Shown one piece after another: positions 39,386 to 50,865 of a DNA stretch of 64,000 bases (positions are counted from its first letter, which is position 1; each line of letters begins with the position of its first letter). The notes under the pieces are model-generated. The model made no database searches and had not been told where the DNA came from. It was given only the letters and a program-made list of their open reading frames with translations. The stretch comes from Mobula birostris (Eukaryota): the NCBI RefSeq assembly GCF_030028105.1, contig NC_092378.1:125601731-125665730 (forward strand), read 5' to 3'. A program made the position numbers and the translations under genes.

Positions 39386-40449
39386 GGGATAAAAATATTT
39401 TATTGATGACTTTTTTCAGGTGCCACTTGAGCAAGAATAGAGCAGATCATTCTGTGCTTGGGAATATGCAATGGAGAGTTAATTTAATGGAGAAGGAAGT
39501 ACATTTTCAATAAAAAGCACGAGAGACTGATCTATTCTCTCATTTCCCCTGCTTTAATCTGCACTAACCACTGCTGATTTGCTGAGTATTTTCAGCATCT
39601 TCTGTTTTTTTTTAATTTTCTGCATGTACATTGCTTAATTCTCCTGCTGCTATTTAAATTAGTTAGGCAAGCAAGCATTTTATTGCCCTCATTAATCATA
39701 TATACCTTGATATGATCACCTTGCAAGTGGCGCTTTTCTAGACTGATCGTTCTAAGCTTTGCCATTGTGTCTTCATAACTCTGAGATCAGCCTTATCTCT
39801 TATCTTCACAATTGAAAGTGCCTTAGTTACAGTATTTTGGTGATATTAGTGACTCAGGACATGCCCAATTTCTACAAAGGAAGAATGGTGGTTAGTATTA
39901 ATAGGACATTCAAATAACACTCATCTATATGCTGAACATGATGCATGAAAGTGCTGACATTCTGTTCACTCTTTCCACTGTCAATCTATAGTTCTAACCT
40001 TATTCTTGGATTTTGTGTTAAGTGTTCTTGGCAGATCACCTTAAAAATGGAATGGCAACACATTTTGACTGGCTGCAGCATTTAAGTGATTCTGTCAGTG
40101 GTTTTGAGACCAACAACTTTGTATTACCAACTAAGCATTACATGTTTCCCTCCTGCTCAGCCAAAAAATATTGTGTTTTGTAGCCTGTGACCAGGCTGCT
40201 ATCGATAATGATGTAAAATCATAAAATGCTGGAAGCACTCTGCAGGTCAGGCAACAACTGTGGAAAGAGAAACAGAGTTCACTTCTCTGGTCATCACCAC
40301 TGCAGGAAACAGTTTAGGTGTAAGTCTCAGCTCCCCCACATTGTCAACAACTTAAAACCAGCCTTTTTTTTTGGTCTCTGGTGACAAAGGGTCTACAATC
40401 TGAAATGTTAACTCCATTTCTCATTCCACAGATGCTGCCTGACTTGCTG

Positions 40450-41090
40450 TTGCTCTGTCCGCCAGAGAAAGCAGGATCTCCCAGTGGCCACACATTTTAA
40501 TTCCACATCCCATTCCCATTCTGATATGTCTATCCGCGGCCTCCTTTACTGTAAAGATGAAGCCACACTCAGGTTGGAGGAACAACACCTTATATTCCGT
40601 CTGGGTAGCCTCCAACCTGATGGCATGGACACCGACTTCTCTAACTTCCGCTAATGCCCCACCTCCCCCTCGTACCCCATCCGTTATTTATTTATATACA
40701 CACATTCTTTCTCTCTCTCTCTCTTTTTTCTCCCTTTGTCCCTCTGACTATACCCCTTGCCCATCCTCTGGGTTTCCCTCCCCCTCCCCCTTTTCTTTCT
40801 CCCTGGTCCTCCTGGCTCATGATCCTCTCATATCCCTTTTGCCAATCACCCGTCCAGCTCTTGGCTCCATCCCTCCCCCTCCTGCCTTCTCCTATCATTT
40901 TGGATCTCCCCCTCCCCCTCCCACTTTCAAATCCCTTACTCACTCTTCTTTCAGTTAGTCCTGACAAAAGGTCTCGGCCCGAAACTTCGACTGTACCTCT
41001 TCCTAGAGATGCTGCCTGTCCTGCTGCGTTCACCAGCAACTTTTATGTGTGTTGCTTGAAATTCCAGCATCTGCAGATTTCCTCGTGTTG
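40450..41090 (+). mobile_element. Penelope-like element 3' part, adjacent to older tail remnants (40220-40450, 41090-41160)
   Basis: Near-identical to 52220-52850; hammerhead core mutated (CTGACAA; GAAACTTC). Confidence 0.9.
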
Positions 41091-41524
41091 ACATCGACTA
41101 TCTATTCATTTCCATAGATACTGCCTGATCTACTGAGTTCCTCCAGCATCTTATGTGTCTTACTTAGCAAATATGGCTCTTGGGTATGGATATCTTTCCA
41201 CTGCTTATACTGAGGGAATTCTGCCCTGGCAAGCAATTCCCTCAGTATAAGTAGAAAGCTGCTTCTGACTGCTGCCCAGTTTCCCCCAAGGATGTCTATT
41301 TAAGATCTTATTTCAAAGAGGAGTAAGGGAGTTGTCACTGGCCAGGAATGATCACCATCTCAAAATTACTACCGAAAGGATTAGATATGTAATCATAAAA
41401 CATGGAGACGGGTCCTTTTAGTCCACCACGTCCACACCAGCCATACACTTAATCCTATATTAATCCCCTTATTTTCTCCTGACATTCCCATCAACGCCTT
41501 CCAGATTGTACCACTTCGTCGGCG

Positions 41525-41712
41525 ACGGTGGTAGAGGTGGATACAATAGGGTCTTTTAAGAGACACTTTGATAGGTACATGAAGCTTAGAAAAATAGAGG
41601 GCTATGCGGTAGGGAAATGCTCAGCAGTTTCTAGAGTAGGTTACATGGTCAGCACAACACTGTGGGTCGAAGGGCCTGTAATGTGCTGTAGATTTCTATG
41701 TTTCTATGTTTC
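41525..41712 (+). mobile_element. CR1 3' end fragment
   Basis: VVEVDTIGSFKRHFDRYM; (TTTCTATG)n terminus. Confidence 0.85.
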
Positions 41713-41767
41713 ACTCACTTAAGCAGAACAGGCAATAAACAGTGTCCAGTTAACCTATCACTCTGTG

Positions 41768-42050
41768 TGGGCACCATGGTAACACAACCTATCACAGCTC
41801 AGGGCATCAGAGTTTGGAGTTCAATTCCAACACGGTCTCTAAGGAATTTGTACGTCTCTCTTTGTGAACATTTTGATCTCTTCTGGGTGCTCCGGTTTCC
41901 TCCCACATTCCAAAGACATATTGGTTAGTAGGTTAACTGATCATTGTAAATTGTCCTGTGATTAGGCTAGGGTTAAATAGGGGGGTTTCTGGGCAGTGTG
42001 GCTTGAGGGACCAGAAGGGTCTGTTCTGCTCTGTATCTCTAAAATAAATA
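41768..42050 (+). mobile_element. V-domain SINE (HE1/HER1-like)
   Basis: GAGTTCAATTCC B-box-like head; GGGTGCTCCGGTTTCCTCCCACATTCCAAAGAC V-domain; CR1-like 3' tail. Confidence 0.82.
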
Positions 42051-42147
42051 TATTTTGGATGCCAGAAAACTCAACGGAAACCCATGCTATCACAGGGAGA
42101 AGGTCACACAGAGAGCACCAGAGGTTCGTTTGAACACAAGTCACTAG

Positions 42148-42396
42148 CTGTACTCTCACCCCATCCTCCCGCCACCCCACTAGGAATAGGGTTCCCCTTG
42201 TCCTCACCTACCACCCCACCAGCCTCTGGGTCCAACATATAATTCTCCGTAACTTCCGTCACCTCCAACGGGATTCCACCACTAAGCACATCTTTCCCTC
42301 CCCCCCCCCCCCCGCTTTCTGCAAGGATTGCTCCCTACGTGATTCCCTTGTCCATTCGTCCCCCCCATCCCTCCCCACTGATCTCCCTCCTGGCAC
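42148..42396 (+). mobile_element. Internal Penelope-like fragment
   Basis: Near-identical to 51765-52010. Confidence 0.85.
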
Positions 42397-43071
42397 TTTT
42401 TTTTTACAATCAAAAGACTATACTGGACTCCATGAAACTCAGGTACTGCAAGTCTACCCCATCAGTGAGCTGCTTGTTGATTAAAGTAGCTGGACTGGGT
42501 GTTAGCGAAGCCAGCTGGGATGTCAAAGGAGCCTGTCAGTGTGTTGGAGGAGCTTCTCAAGGTGTTGGAGGAAACAGCTGGTGAGTCAGACTGGGCTCAG
42601 AGGAGCTAGCCATGGTGCAGACCATGCTACATGAAGGCATTAGAGTTGGTGCACGAAAGCAGCATGCAGTGTAATTGTGGGTGATTGTCTTGAATGTTTC
42701 TCTGTGATCGCAGGACCCTTTTGGACATTGATAATGTAAGACGCCAGAGGCCTGTTTCCCTCATTTGTTGGTGCGGCAGGTGGCAGAGAGCTGCATAGCC
42801 TTGGTTGTAGTGAGGACCAGCCCTCAAGCCGTGGGCTTGCCTGCTGCTGCAGCCCAGGTGAGGAGACACCAGAGGCGGTGCAGCATGGCATCCATGCTGC
42901 TCGACTGGGGGCTGGGCTCTCCTGTCGCTGCTTCCCTCCAGTGTTCAATTGGTGGAATGACAGACTGGATTGCGTGTGTCTGCGCACTGCCAATAACTGT
43001 ACTGTGGGACATGTCGCTAAAGGCTCTTGGGCTATATATGTGTTTTTTGCATGACTATTTCTTTTTGTTTA

Positions 43072-43346
43072 TTGATGATGATGATGATGATGATGACATC
43101 GACTCAGGCCTGAGAAGCCAGTGTCAGGCATTTTCATGCCTTACAAGGTGTGGATCAGAAGGCAGTGTGGGGTGCCACTCCTCACACAGACATTTCGCAG
43201 TATTTTTCTTTATTTTACGAGATCGAGTTGTGGGCTCAACACTCAACCCGGCACAGATGGAAAGCGTACTCGGGAGCGACCCGACTGGATTCGAACCCGA
43301 GAACCTCCGTTCCGGAGTCCGGCGCTGATGTCACTGTGCCACCAGT
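43072..43346 (-). mobile_element. Young tRNA(Arg-like)-derived SINE with (TCA)n tail
   Basis: Minus strand: A box TGGCACAGTGA (43331-43341), loop CTCCGGA, B box GGTTCGAATCC (43287-43297); CpG-rich; ends in (TCA)n. Confidence 0.82.
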
Positions 43347-43479
43347 GTTAGTTCACTGATGCTTTAGTGTTTGTTCATTAGTGTGAATGAACTATGTATA
43401 CTTTGCTTCTTGGCCCCAGAATAATGCTGTTTTGTTTGGCTGTATTCATGTATGATTGAATGATAATTAAACTTGAATT

Positions 43480-44592
43480 TGATTGATGGATAGAAGATTG
43501 GCTGACTGGCAGAAAGCAAAGAACAGAAATAAAAGGGGCCTTTTCTGGTTGGCTGCTGGTGACTAGTATTGTTCTGCAGGGGTTAGTTTTGCGACTGCTT
43601 CGGTTTACATTATGTGTCAATGTCTTGGATGATGGAATTAATGGCTGTGTGGCCAAGTTTGTAGGTGATACAAAAATAGGTGGAAAGGTAGGTAACGCTG
43701 AGGAAGCAGGGAGTATATAGAAGGACCTAGACAGATTAGGAAAACGGGCAAGGAAGAGGCAGATGGAATACAGTGTCGGGAGGTGTGTTGTGCACTTTGA
43801 TAGTAGAAATAAAGGTGTAGGCTACTTTCTTAATGGGGAGAAAAATAAAAATTCAGAGGTGGAAGGGGACTTGGGAGTCTTTGTGCAGAATTCCTTAAAG
43901 GTTGACTTGTAGGTTGAGTCAGTGATAAGGAAGGCGAATGTAATGTTAGCATTCATTTTGAGAGGATGAGAATGACATTGCATTAGCAAGAATGTAATGC
44001 TAAGACTTTAGAAAGCATTGGTCATACCTCATTTGGAGTATTGTGAGTAGTTTTAGGCCCCTTATCTAAGAAAAAATATGCTGGCATTGGAGAGGGTTCA
44101 GAGGAGGTTCATGAGAATGATTTTGGGAATGAAAGGATCAACATACTGTATGAGGAGCATTTTATGGCTCTGGGCCTTAATCACTGGAGTTCAGAAGAAT
44201 GGGGAGGGGGGATCTCATTGAAACCTATTGAATATTGAAAGGCGTAGGTAGAATGGACGTGAAGAGGATGTTTCTATAGTGGGGGAGTCTATTACCAGAG
44301 GATACAGCCTCAGAATAGAGGGACGTCCACCTAGAATAGAGATGAGGAGGAATTTCTTTAACCAGAGTGTGGTGAACTTGTGGAATTCAATGCTAAGGAC
44401 GGCTGTGGAGTGTAAGTCATTAAGTATATTTTAAGTGGAGGTTGATAGGTTCCTCATTAGTCAGGGCATCAAAAGTTACGGGGGGAAGGCAGGAGAATGA
44501 GTTTGAGAGGATAATAAATCAGCTATTGTGGAATGGCTGAGAAGACTTGATGGGCCAAATAGCCTAATTCTGCTCCTATGTCGTATGGTCTA
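43480..44592 (+). mobile_element. 5'-truncated decayed CR1
   Basis: Colinear with 9985-11085. Confidence 0.9.
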
Positions 44593-45114
44593 AATCAATC
44601 ACTAATGCTTTAGTGTTTGTCTGTTCTGAAGCCACCGTATATATTTCTGCTATCAATCTCTAATATTCTGTACAAATAAGTTGTTTTTAAACAGTTGAAG
44701 GTTTGACTTAATTTTTTTTTAAAATGACTCATTGATGCTTCTGGTGTCAAGTCTTCTGTCATTTCCAGACTGGAGTTTATTAAATATTTGAGACAAACAG
44801 CAAATGTTGTGTAAACAAGAAGTAATTGTTAAAGTATTCTGTGCTGACACTCCAGAGAAATATCAAATATCTCCCATAGGTAAATTTGCACCTGAAGATT
44901 TAGTTGCTTCCTCTTTAAGTAAACTGATGCTCTGATTCAGACAGGTTACCTGAATCAGAATCTGAATCAGTATTTGTTGTTTTGTGGCAGCAGTACTGTG
45001 CAAAGGCATCCAATTTCACCTCATTTAGGATTTTGATAATTATTCTGATTTTGGTAACTTGCCTGATTCAGGGAATAATTTTATTTAATTAGAAAGCAAA
45101 TCAATCTTCAGTTG

Positions 45115-45290
45115 ACACATATCAAAGTTGCTGGTGAACGCAGCAGGCCAGGCAGCATCTCTAGGAAGAGGCCGGAAACGTCGACTGTACCTCTTCCTAG
45201 AGATGCTGCCTGGCCTGCTGCGTTCACCAGCAACTTTGATGTGTGTCGCTTGAATTTCCAGCATCTGCAGAATTCCTCGTGTTTGCGTTT
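45115..45290. mobile_element. Miniature fold-back Penelope-tail insertion (57-bp hairpin arms)
   Basis: 45115-45171 is the reverse complement of 45190-45246 (1 mismatch); perfect 14-bp TSD TCAATCTTCAGTTG (45101-45114 / 45291-45304). Confidence 0.92.
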
Positions 45291-45803
45291 TCAATCTTCA
45301 GTTGTATGTTTTTATCCATTCTGTTTACCAGAAAAAGATTTTAAAATATTTTCAAATCTCAAATTTTTAATGGAATGTAATATTCTACTGTTTTTCATGA
45401 AGTAGGTAGAATATTGTAGGTCTAAAGTGTTGCAAAGATTGCAATGTTTTATGAAAACCTTGACAGGTAACAATTCATTGAAGGAAAAGGATCTTCTGTG
45501 TTTGATCTGACATTTAAGTAAAAATGCACATTTACAATGCAAGAGAACTGGGTAAATATAAAAAGCCAAATACTGTAGTCATTGAAAACCTGAAACTATT
45601 TCTGGTATTATCCTGGCTCTAAGATAGATTACACGTTGACAATTTGCTTAACTGTTGCTGCTTGTCCTATTATTCTACCTATATGACAACAGAACTCACC
45701 AATGCTAAAGAAAATAGATTGAAATTTGAAAAAATTTTTTAATTTCAACATTAATAATTATATCAGCACATGAACAACTTCATCAAACATGTTCTGGTAA
45801 CAG

Positions 45804-45809
45804 TTTATT
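45804..45809 (-). terminator. Candidate PERCC1 polyadenylation signal AATAAA
   Basis: TTTATT on the + strand about 385 bp after the stop codon, in an AT-rich 3' UTR. Confidence 0.45.
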
Positions 45810-46193
45810 AAAATGCAATGGTCTACGTATTTACGCATCAATATAAATATGTAACAATAATACTTATATTTTTCTCACTTGGTTGGTATCCAAATATATA
45901 AAACACAATGCAAAATTTAAATGCCAATAAATTACAGATAATCTTCAGGAAAATTCAATGGAATGATTGCAGCAAATTTTCTGAGATGCTAGTTGTTTTC
46001 AATTTTCTTTCATTTTCCATTAACCATTCATAGGACATATTCTTCAAATAAGATAGAGAATTACTTTAAAGTTAGCAAAAATAATAATTTTAGGATATAC
46101 CCTTATAGCTAAATACTTAACATCTTAGAAGGATAGCAGAAACATGAGCACTCAGGTGTTTAATAAGAGATTTATGAAAAATTACTATTTGCA

Positions 46194-47039
46194 CTATACA
46201 ACCTGATAAGGTTCAGATTCCAGTGACTGTCTATTTATTTCAGTTGAGATTTCTCTAGTAACTTGGAGTTCTTGTCCATTTGATTCTGAAGTCCAATTGG
46301 CTAAAAGATCACTAAAATCAGGTGTGCTAGTATGAAGGATGCAGCTAGGCACAAGAGAAACAGGCTCTTTCCAAAAAGATGAAGGAAGCTTTCGTCTGTG
46401 CATTGGGATTACATTGGCATACTTTTGATCCAGTTTTTGCATCCTGTTGTCTCTCCTGTTCAAGGTTGATGGTTTCATGTATTTGTACAAACCATATTCA
46501 AAAAGTTCTGCCAGGGGACCTAATTTTTTAATACTTTCTCTGTCACAGATTAATTCCAGTGCCTGAGTGTCTATTTCTTTGGGTTGCAGTAAAGATACAT
46601 TTGGTTCCTCCTCTTCTTGATCTCCATCTTGTGCAATTTTTATGAGGTCTGCATAGTACAGCTCTCTACCTGATTTACCGGAATAAAACCTGTCTTCGTA
46701 GATATTGCAAGAATCAGGATCATCATCTTTGCTTTTCCTACCAAAGTACTTCTGAATATCATTGTTGATTAACTCAGTAAACCTTAGTAGCTGCAACGTG
46801 GTTTTGGTGCTCTTTGCTACAGGTGTAAATGACTGGTGCGTTGCACTGCAGTTTTCACCTCCAGGGCATTTCCTAATGCTTCCTGAATTCTGTTCTTCAC
46901 TGTTATCTTCTAGTTCTTCCTCTTCCTCAGATGTTTCCTGGAAATCCGTGTCCTGGTGAACATCGAGATTTAGAAAAGGAAGCTGAAAGGCTTGCGCTAG
47001 TCTAAAATCAGACATGTTCTTTATCACACCTGCTGCCAT
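46194..47039 (-). CDS. PERCC1: Proline- and glutamate-rich protein with coiled coil 1 (281 aa, single coding exon)
   Basis: Intact ORF in good Kozak context (gcaATGG). MAAGVI start, acidic tract, QLLRFTELINNDIQKYFG, SGRELYYADL, LGPLAELFEYGL, PMHRRKLPSSFWKEP, TPDFSDLLANW. Convergent with CCDC154 as in mammals. Confidence 0.93.
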   Translation of the reverse strand: MAAGVIKNMSDFRLAQAFQLPFLNLDVHQDTDFQETSEEEEELEDNSEEQNSGSIRKCPGGENCSATHQSFTPVAKSTKTTLQLLRFTELINNDIQKYFGRKSKDDDPDSCNIYEDRFYSGKSGRELYYADLIKIAQDGDQEEEEPNVSLLQPKEIDTQALELICDRESIKKLGPLAELFEYGLYKYMKPSTLNRRDNRMQKLDQKYANVIPMHRRKLPSSFWKEPVSLVPSCILHTSTPDFSDLLANWTSESNGQELQVTREISTEINRQSLESEPYQVV

Positions 47040-47656
47040 TGCGTGCTTATCTTGGTTCTGTTTCTGGCTTGTATCTGCCCTGTGTACAATTTAAAAAGAT
47101 ACAGTGTATTGCCATGATTTTGCAATGCTATCAATCAGATCTCAAGATATAACCCCCCCCCCCCCCCCACACACACACAGAAACCACTGCAGGTAACAGT
47201 TGTTTCTACATAGAAAAATCGATTATCAATAAATTTGAATCATTAATCTGGGAGTTGGTGTAATAAAACAGTGACTTCTATGTTCCATTAAAACAGTATC
47301 TATGTTTAATATGAATCAAATAACTTCAAAAGTTATCAGATGTAGACCTCTTAACTAATTCTAATACAGACTTCCATTAGATTTTAACGTGCAAGCCTGT
47401 TACTTGAAAAGTCTGTCTTACATTTGAGTAATTCTCAGGTGTTCTTAAATTGACTTTATGAAGTTCACATTTCCTTAACAACAACACAGTGTGTTTTATA
47501 GTACAACATCTAAAGAATTAAGAAATTTCACCATATTTATCACTATGTCACCGCTAATCCTTAAATCTCATGCAACAGGGGTTGCTGAGAGCTTTACGTT
47601 TGTTTAATGGTTCAGAGGATCTTTTACAAAATTGGTAACAAGGTAATAGCTCTTAC

Positions 47657-47715
47657 CTGAATTATACCGTCACACTGGAAAAGCACACCAAAGAGCTACC
47701 CTGCCTTAATAGCAG
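47657..47715 (-). other. PERCC1: Probable non-coding first exon of PERCC1 (intron 47080-47656)
   Basis: Consensus donor CAG|GTAAGA at 47657/47656; acceptor ttttaaattgtacacAG ending at 47080, 40 nt before the ATG; TATA box about 25-30 nt upstream. Confidence 0.65.
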
Positions 47716-48060
47716 TTCCACACCTGTGATTAATGCATTTATAGTATTGCATGGACTGACTTTTGACAAATATTTGGTGGGAGTATTGTAATAGTAGACT
47801 TTGTAAACAGAGCTTCGGTTTGCTTTAGCACCCAGCAACCAGAGAGTGTTGAAGAAAGCAAATCAGAGGGACGGAAGATAGGCTTTAGCTTAATGGTCTG
47901 CTTGCCAGGGAATTTTCAAGTGCTGTTCCTGTAAATTCAGCTATTAAATCTCCATGTCACAGATGCTAAACTGGCTTCACACTTGGCCAAAGGGTTTTTA
48001 TCAACTCTTCTGATTTGTGCTCAAATCAGGTGAGTCAAATAGGCGTAAAATTGAATTTCA
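47716..48060 (-). promoter_or_regulatory. Putative PERCC1 promoter / proximal enhancer
   Basis: TATAAA (minus, 47738-47743); forkhead-like CAAATATTTG (47767-47776) and GTAAACA (47803-47809); HNF4-like AGACTTTG and GGCCAAAGGG; X-box-like CTTGCCAGGGAAT (47901-47913); CAGATG E-box (47960); TGAGTCA (48031). No repeats recognised here. Confidence 0.55.
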
Positions 48061-49447
48061 TGGTATTTTGACTTATTGAGTAGGCACAGTTAAGAAACAT
48101 AATTGTTATTACACAATCGGTGTTTAAAGAGGATAGGGAGCAGTAATTTAGAAAACTAGTACATGATCAAATGCACTGCCAATGGTTTCAGAATTATGGA
48201 TTCTTCTAAATAGCAAAGCATACAGTATGGCTTAAATTTAAAACATGCTAATTAATGGATGCTTTAAAATCATGTATGAATATTTATTTTACAAAATTGG
48301 TGACCAAAGGATGCAGTTACCTTTTAATAAAAATACAATTAAAAGATACTTCTCAGAATATGAAAATACTACTTTATTTAAAGCATTTTCGTAATTCTGG
48401 CATTGGCCTACTCCTTTGAATGCAAACAAGACCTTTCGATTTCCTATCTTTATGTTGTCCATCATTGACACCTTTAGGAACATATCAGATTCCACACATC
48501 TAGTGATGATTCTTGTGTATCTTTTTTATTTTGATGTGTCACGTAACCTGTCAGTAGATCATAGCCTCAGGTCATCTGTTGCTGAAATCCTTCACCCTTC
48601 ATTAATTCTGTATTTAACTCTTCCATTTCTCTACTGTCTATCTTCTCACTTTATTGCTCTCTGTAAAATTTCAGCTCACTTAAAGGTTTTCTTCCTTTTT
48701 CCCAGGTTGCATCAAGTCTGTCATTCTCCATTGTTGTGCTTGCCAATCTGTATTTGCTCCTGGTTCAGCAGCATTCAATATTAATATTTTCATCTTTTTC
48801 TTCAAAGCCCCTCTTTTTCCCATCTATGAAACCTTCACCAGGCCTACTGCCCATTGAGATTCAAAGAGTGCTCCAAATAGGGCCTCTTGCAAATCATTGA
48901 TTTTTATTGCTCCACTTTGAGAATCATGCATTTGACATTACTGTAAGCTTCAGATTTTCTTTTCTAAACCTCTCCATTTCTCTACCTTTAGAATATTCCT
49001 CAAAGTCCAAGTTCCTGGTCACCTCATTATTTCAATATGTACCTTATGGTGTTTTGCTGCTTTTAAGGTGTTATAGAAAGGCAAATCATTGCTCGTTAAG
49101 TCCCAACCTGTCTTTGACAGGATATTTATTGATTGACTGAAGAATATAACAATGGAAGCAAGTGGAAGAATTTAAATTTTAAGCTGTTATTAAGGGTGAG
49201 GGAGTTTTGAATTTCAAATGTTTATAGTCAAAAATATTATAATTTCAAGCACATTTTAAATAACTAATCTAAGAGAGAGCTTCAATTTAATAATTGTAAA
49301 ATTTTTGTTTTCATAATATGAATCTTATTTAAAACTTAAACTGCCATTTTATGTTTTGAGTTTATAACTCTTGAGTTTTGCCAAAACAGAGTAGATTTCC
49401 TGAAGTTATTGTGGGATAGTCATTTATGCAGATTTATTTCTACTTTT

Positions 49448-49790
49448 GGAGAAGGAAAACTCTGATTTTAAACCTCCGCTGCCTTACGGCCACACCCACT
49501 CATGGGGAAGGATTCAGGAGTAAACCCTGAGGAAGAAATCTGGAGCCGGGGTCCCTAAGGCAGTTTGATGTTGTTCACAACTTCACTCTGACAACTTCTG
49601 TGACAACACTGGTGCCAAGCTGTATCGGCTCTTGCCCTTCCCTTGGACCACATCAGTGACGTGGAGAGGGAGACCTGCAGCATGGGTAACAGCCGATTCT
49701 TCAAATCTTCCTGCCCAGGCTGCACCCTGGAGAGGACACAGTCCACCAGAGGTGTAAACCCATGATCCCCTGGGATCGATGGCTGCCTGC
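49448..49790 (+). mobile_element. Non-autonomous repeat, probably RTE-related
   Basis: GC-rich island starting GGAGAAGGAAAACTCTGATTTTAAACC, a motif I associate with RTE-type 5' regions; no ORF. Confidence 0.4.
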
Positions 49791-49844
49791 TATTTTGACT
49801 ACTTACATAGGCAACCTTTGGAAGAGGTAATTGACTTGTGACTA

Positions 49845-50865
49845 GTGACTAGTGGTGTTCCTTAGGGGTTAGTATTGGCACCACTAATTTTAACATTGTT
49901 TGCCAATGATTTAGACAATGGAATTGATGGCTTTGTGGAAAAGCTTGTGGATGATACAAAGATAAATGGAGGGGTAGGTAGTGCTGAGGAAGGAATGTGA
50001 TTGCAACAGGACTTATATTGGAAGAATGGGCAAAAAAAGTGGCAGATGGAATACAGTGCTGGGAAATGTGTGATAATGCATTTTGGTAAAAGGTACAATA
50101 GTGTGGACTATTATCTAAATGGGGGAGAAAGTTCAAACATCAGAGGGACAGAGGGACTTAGGAGTCCTCGTGCAAGACTCCCAGAAGGTTAATTTACAGG
50201 TTGAGTCTGTTGGCAAATGCAATATTGGCATTTATTTCAAAGGGAATAGAATATAAAAGCAAGGAGATAATGCTGAGCCTTTGTAAGACACTAGTCAGGC
50301 CACACATGGGGTATTGTCAAAGAGTTTTGGGCCCCATATCTCAGAAAGGATGTTTTGTCATTGAAGAGAATCCAGAGGAGGTTCATGAGGATGATTCTAG
50401 GAATGAAGGGGTTAACACATGAGTAGCATCTGGCAGCTTTGGGCCTGTACTCACTGGAATTTAGAAGAATGCAGGGGATCTCATTGAAACCTACTGAATG
50501 TTGAAAGGACTAGATAGGGTAGATGTGAAGAGCATCTTTCCTGTGGTGGGGGTATCCAGAACAAGAGGGCACAGTCTCAAAATTGAGGGCAAATCCTTTA
50601 GAACGGAGGTAAGGAAGAATTTTTTTAGCCAGAGAGTAGTAGATCTGTGGAATGCTCTGCCACAGACTGTGGTGGAGGTCCAGTCCATGAGTATATTTTA
50701 GGCGGAATTTGATAGTTTTCTGATCGGTAAAGGCATCAAAGGATATGGCGAGAAGGCAGGTGTATGGGGTTGAGTGGGGTCGAGGATCAGCCATGATGGA
50801 ATGGTGCAGCAGACTCGATGGGCTGAATGGCCTAATTCTGCTTCGATATCTTATGGTCTTATGGT
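49845..50865 (+). mobile_element. 5'-truncated CR1
   Basis: KWQMEYSAGKCVIMHFG; SRTRGHSLKIEG..RKNFFSQRVV; TCTTATGGTCTTATGG terminus. Confidence 0.92.

Noticed and set aside
42765-43328. 187-aa ORF with a poly-Asp tract
   Set aside because: The poly-Asp is the SINE (GAT)n tail, and the ORF spans unrelated repeats.
43280-43346. Possible tRNA gene
   Set aside because: No proper acceptor stem; it continues into a repeat body and (TCA)n tail, so it is a SINE head.
45115-45246. Canonical pre-miRNA gene
   Set aside because: The hairpin is transposon-derived, near perfect and TSD-flanked; it cannot be called a miRNA without small-RNA data.
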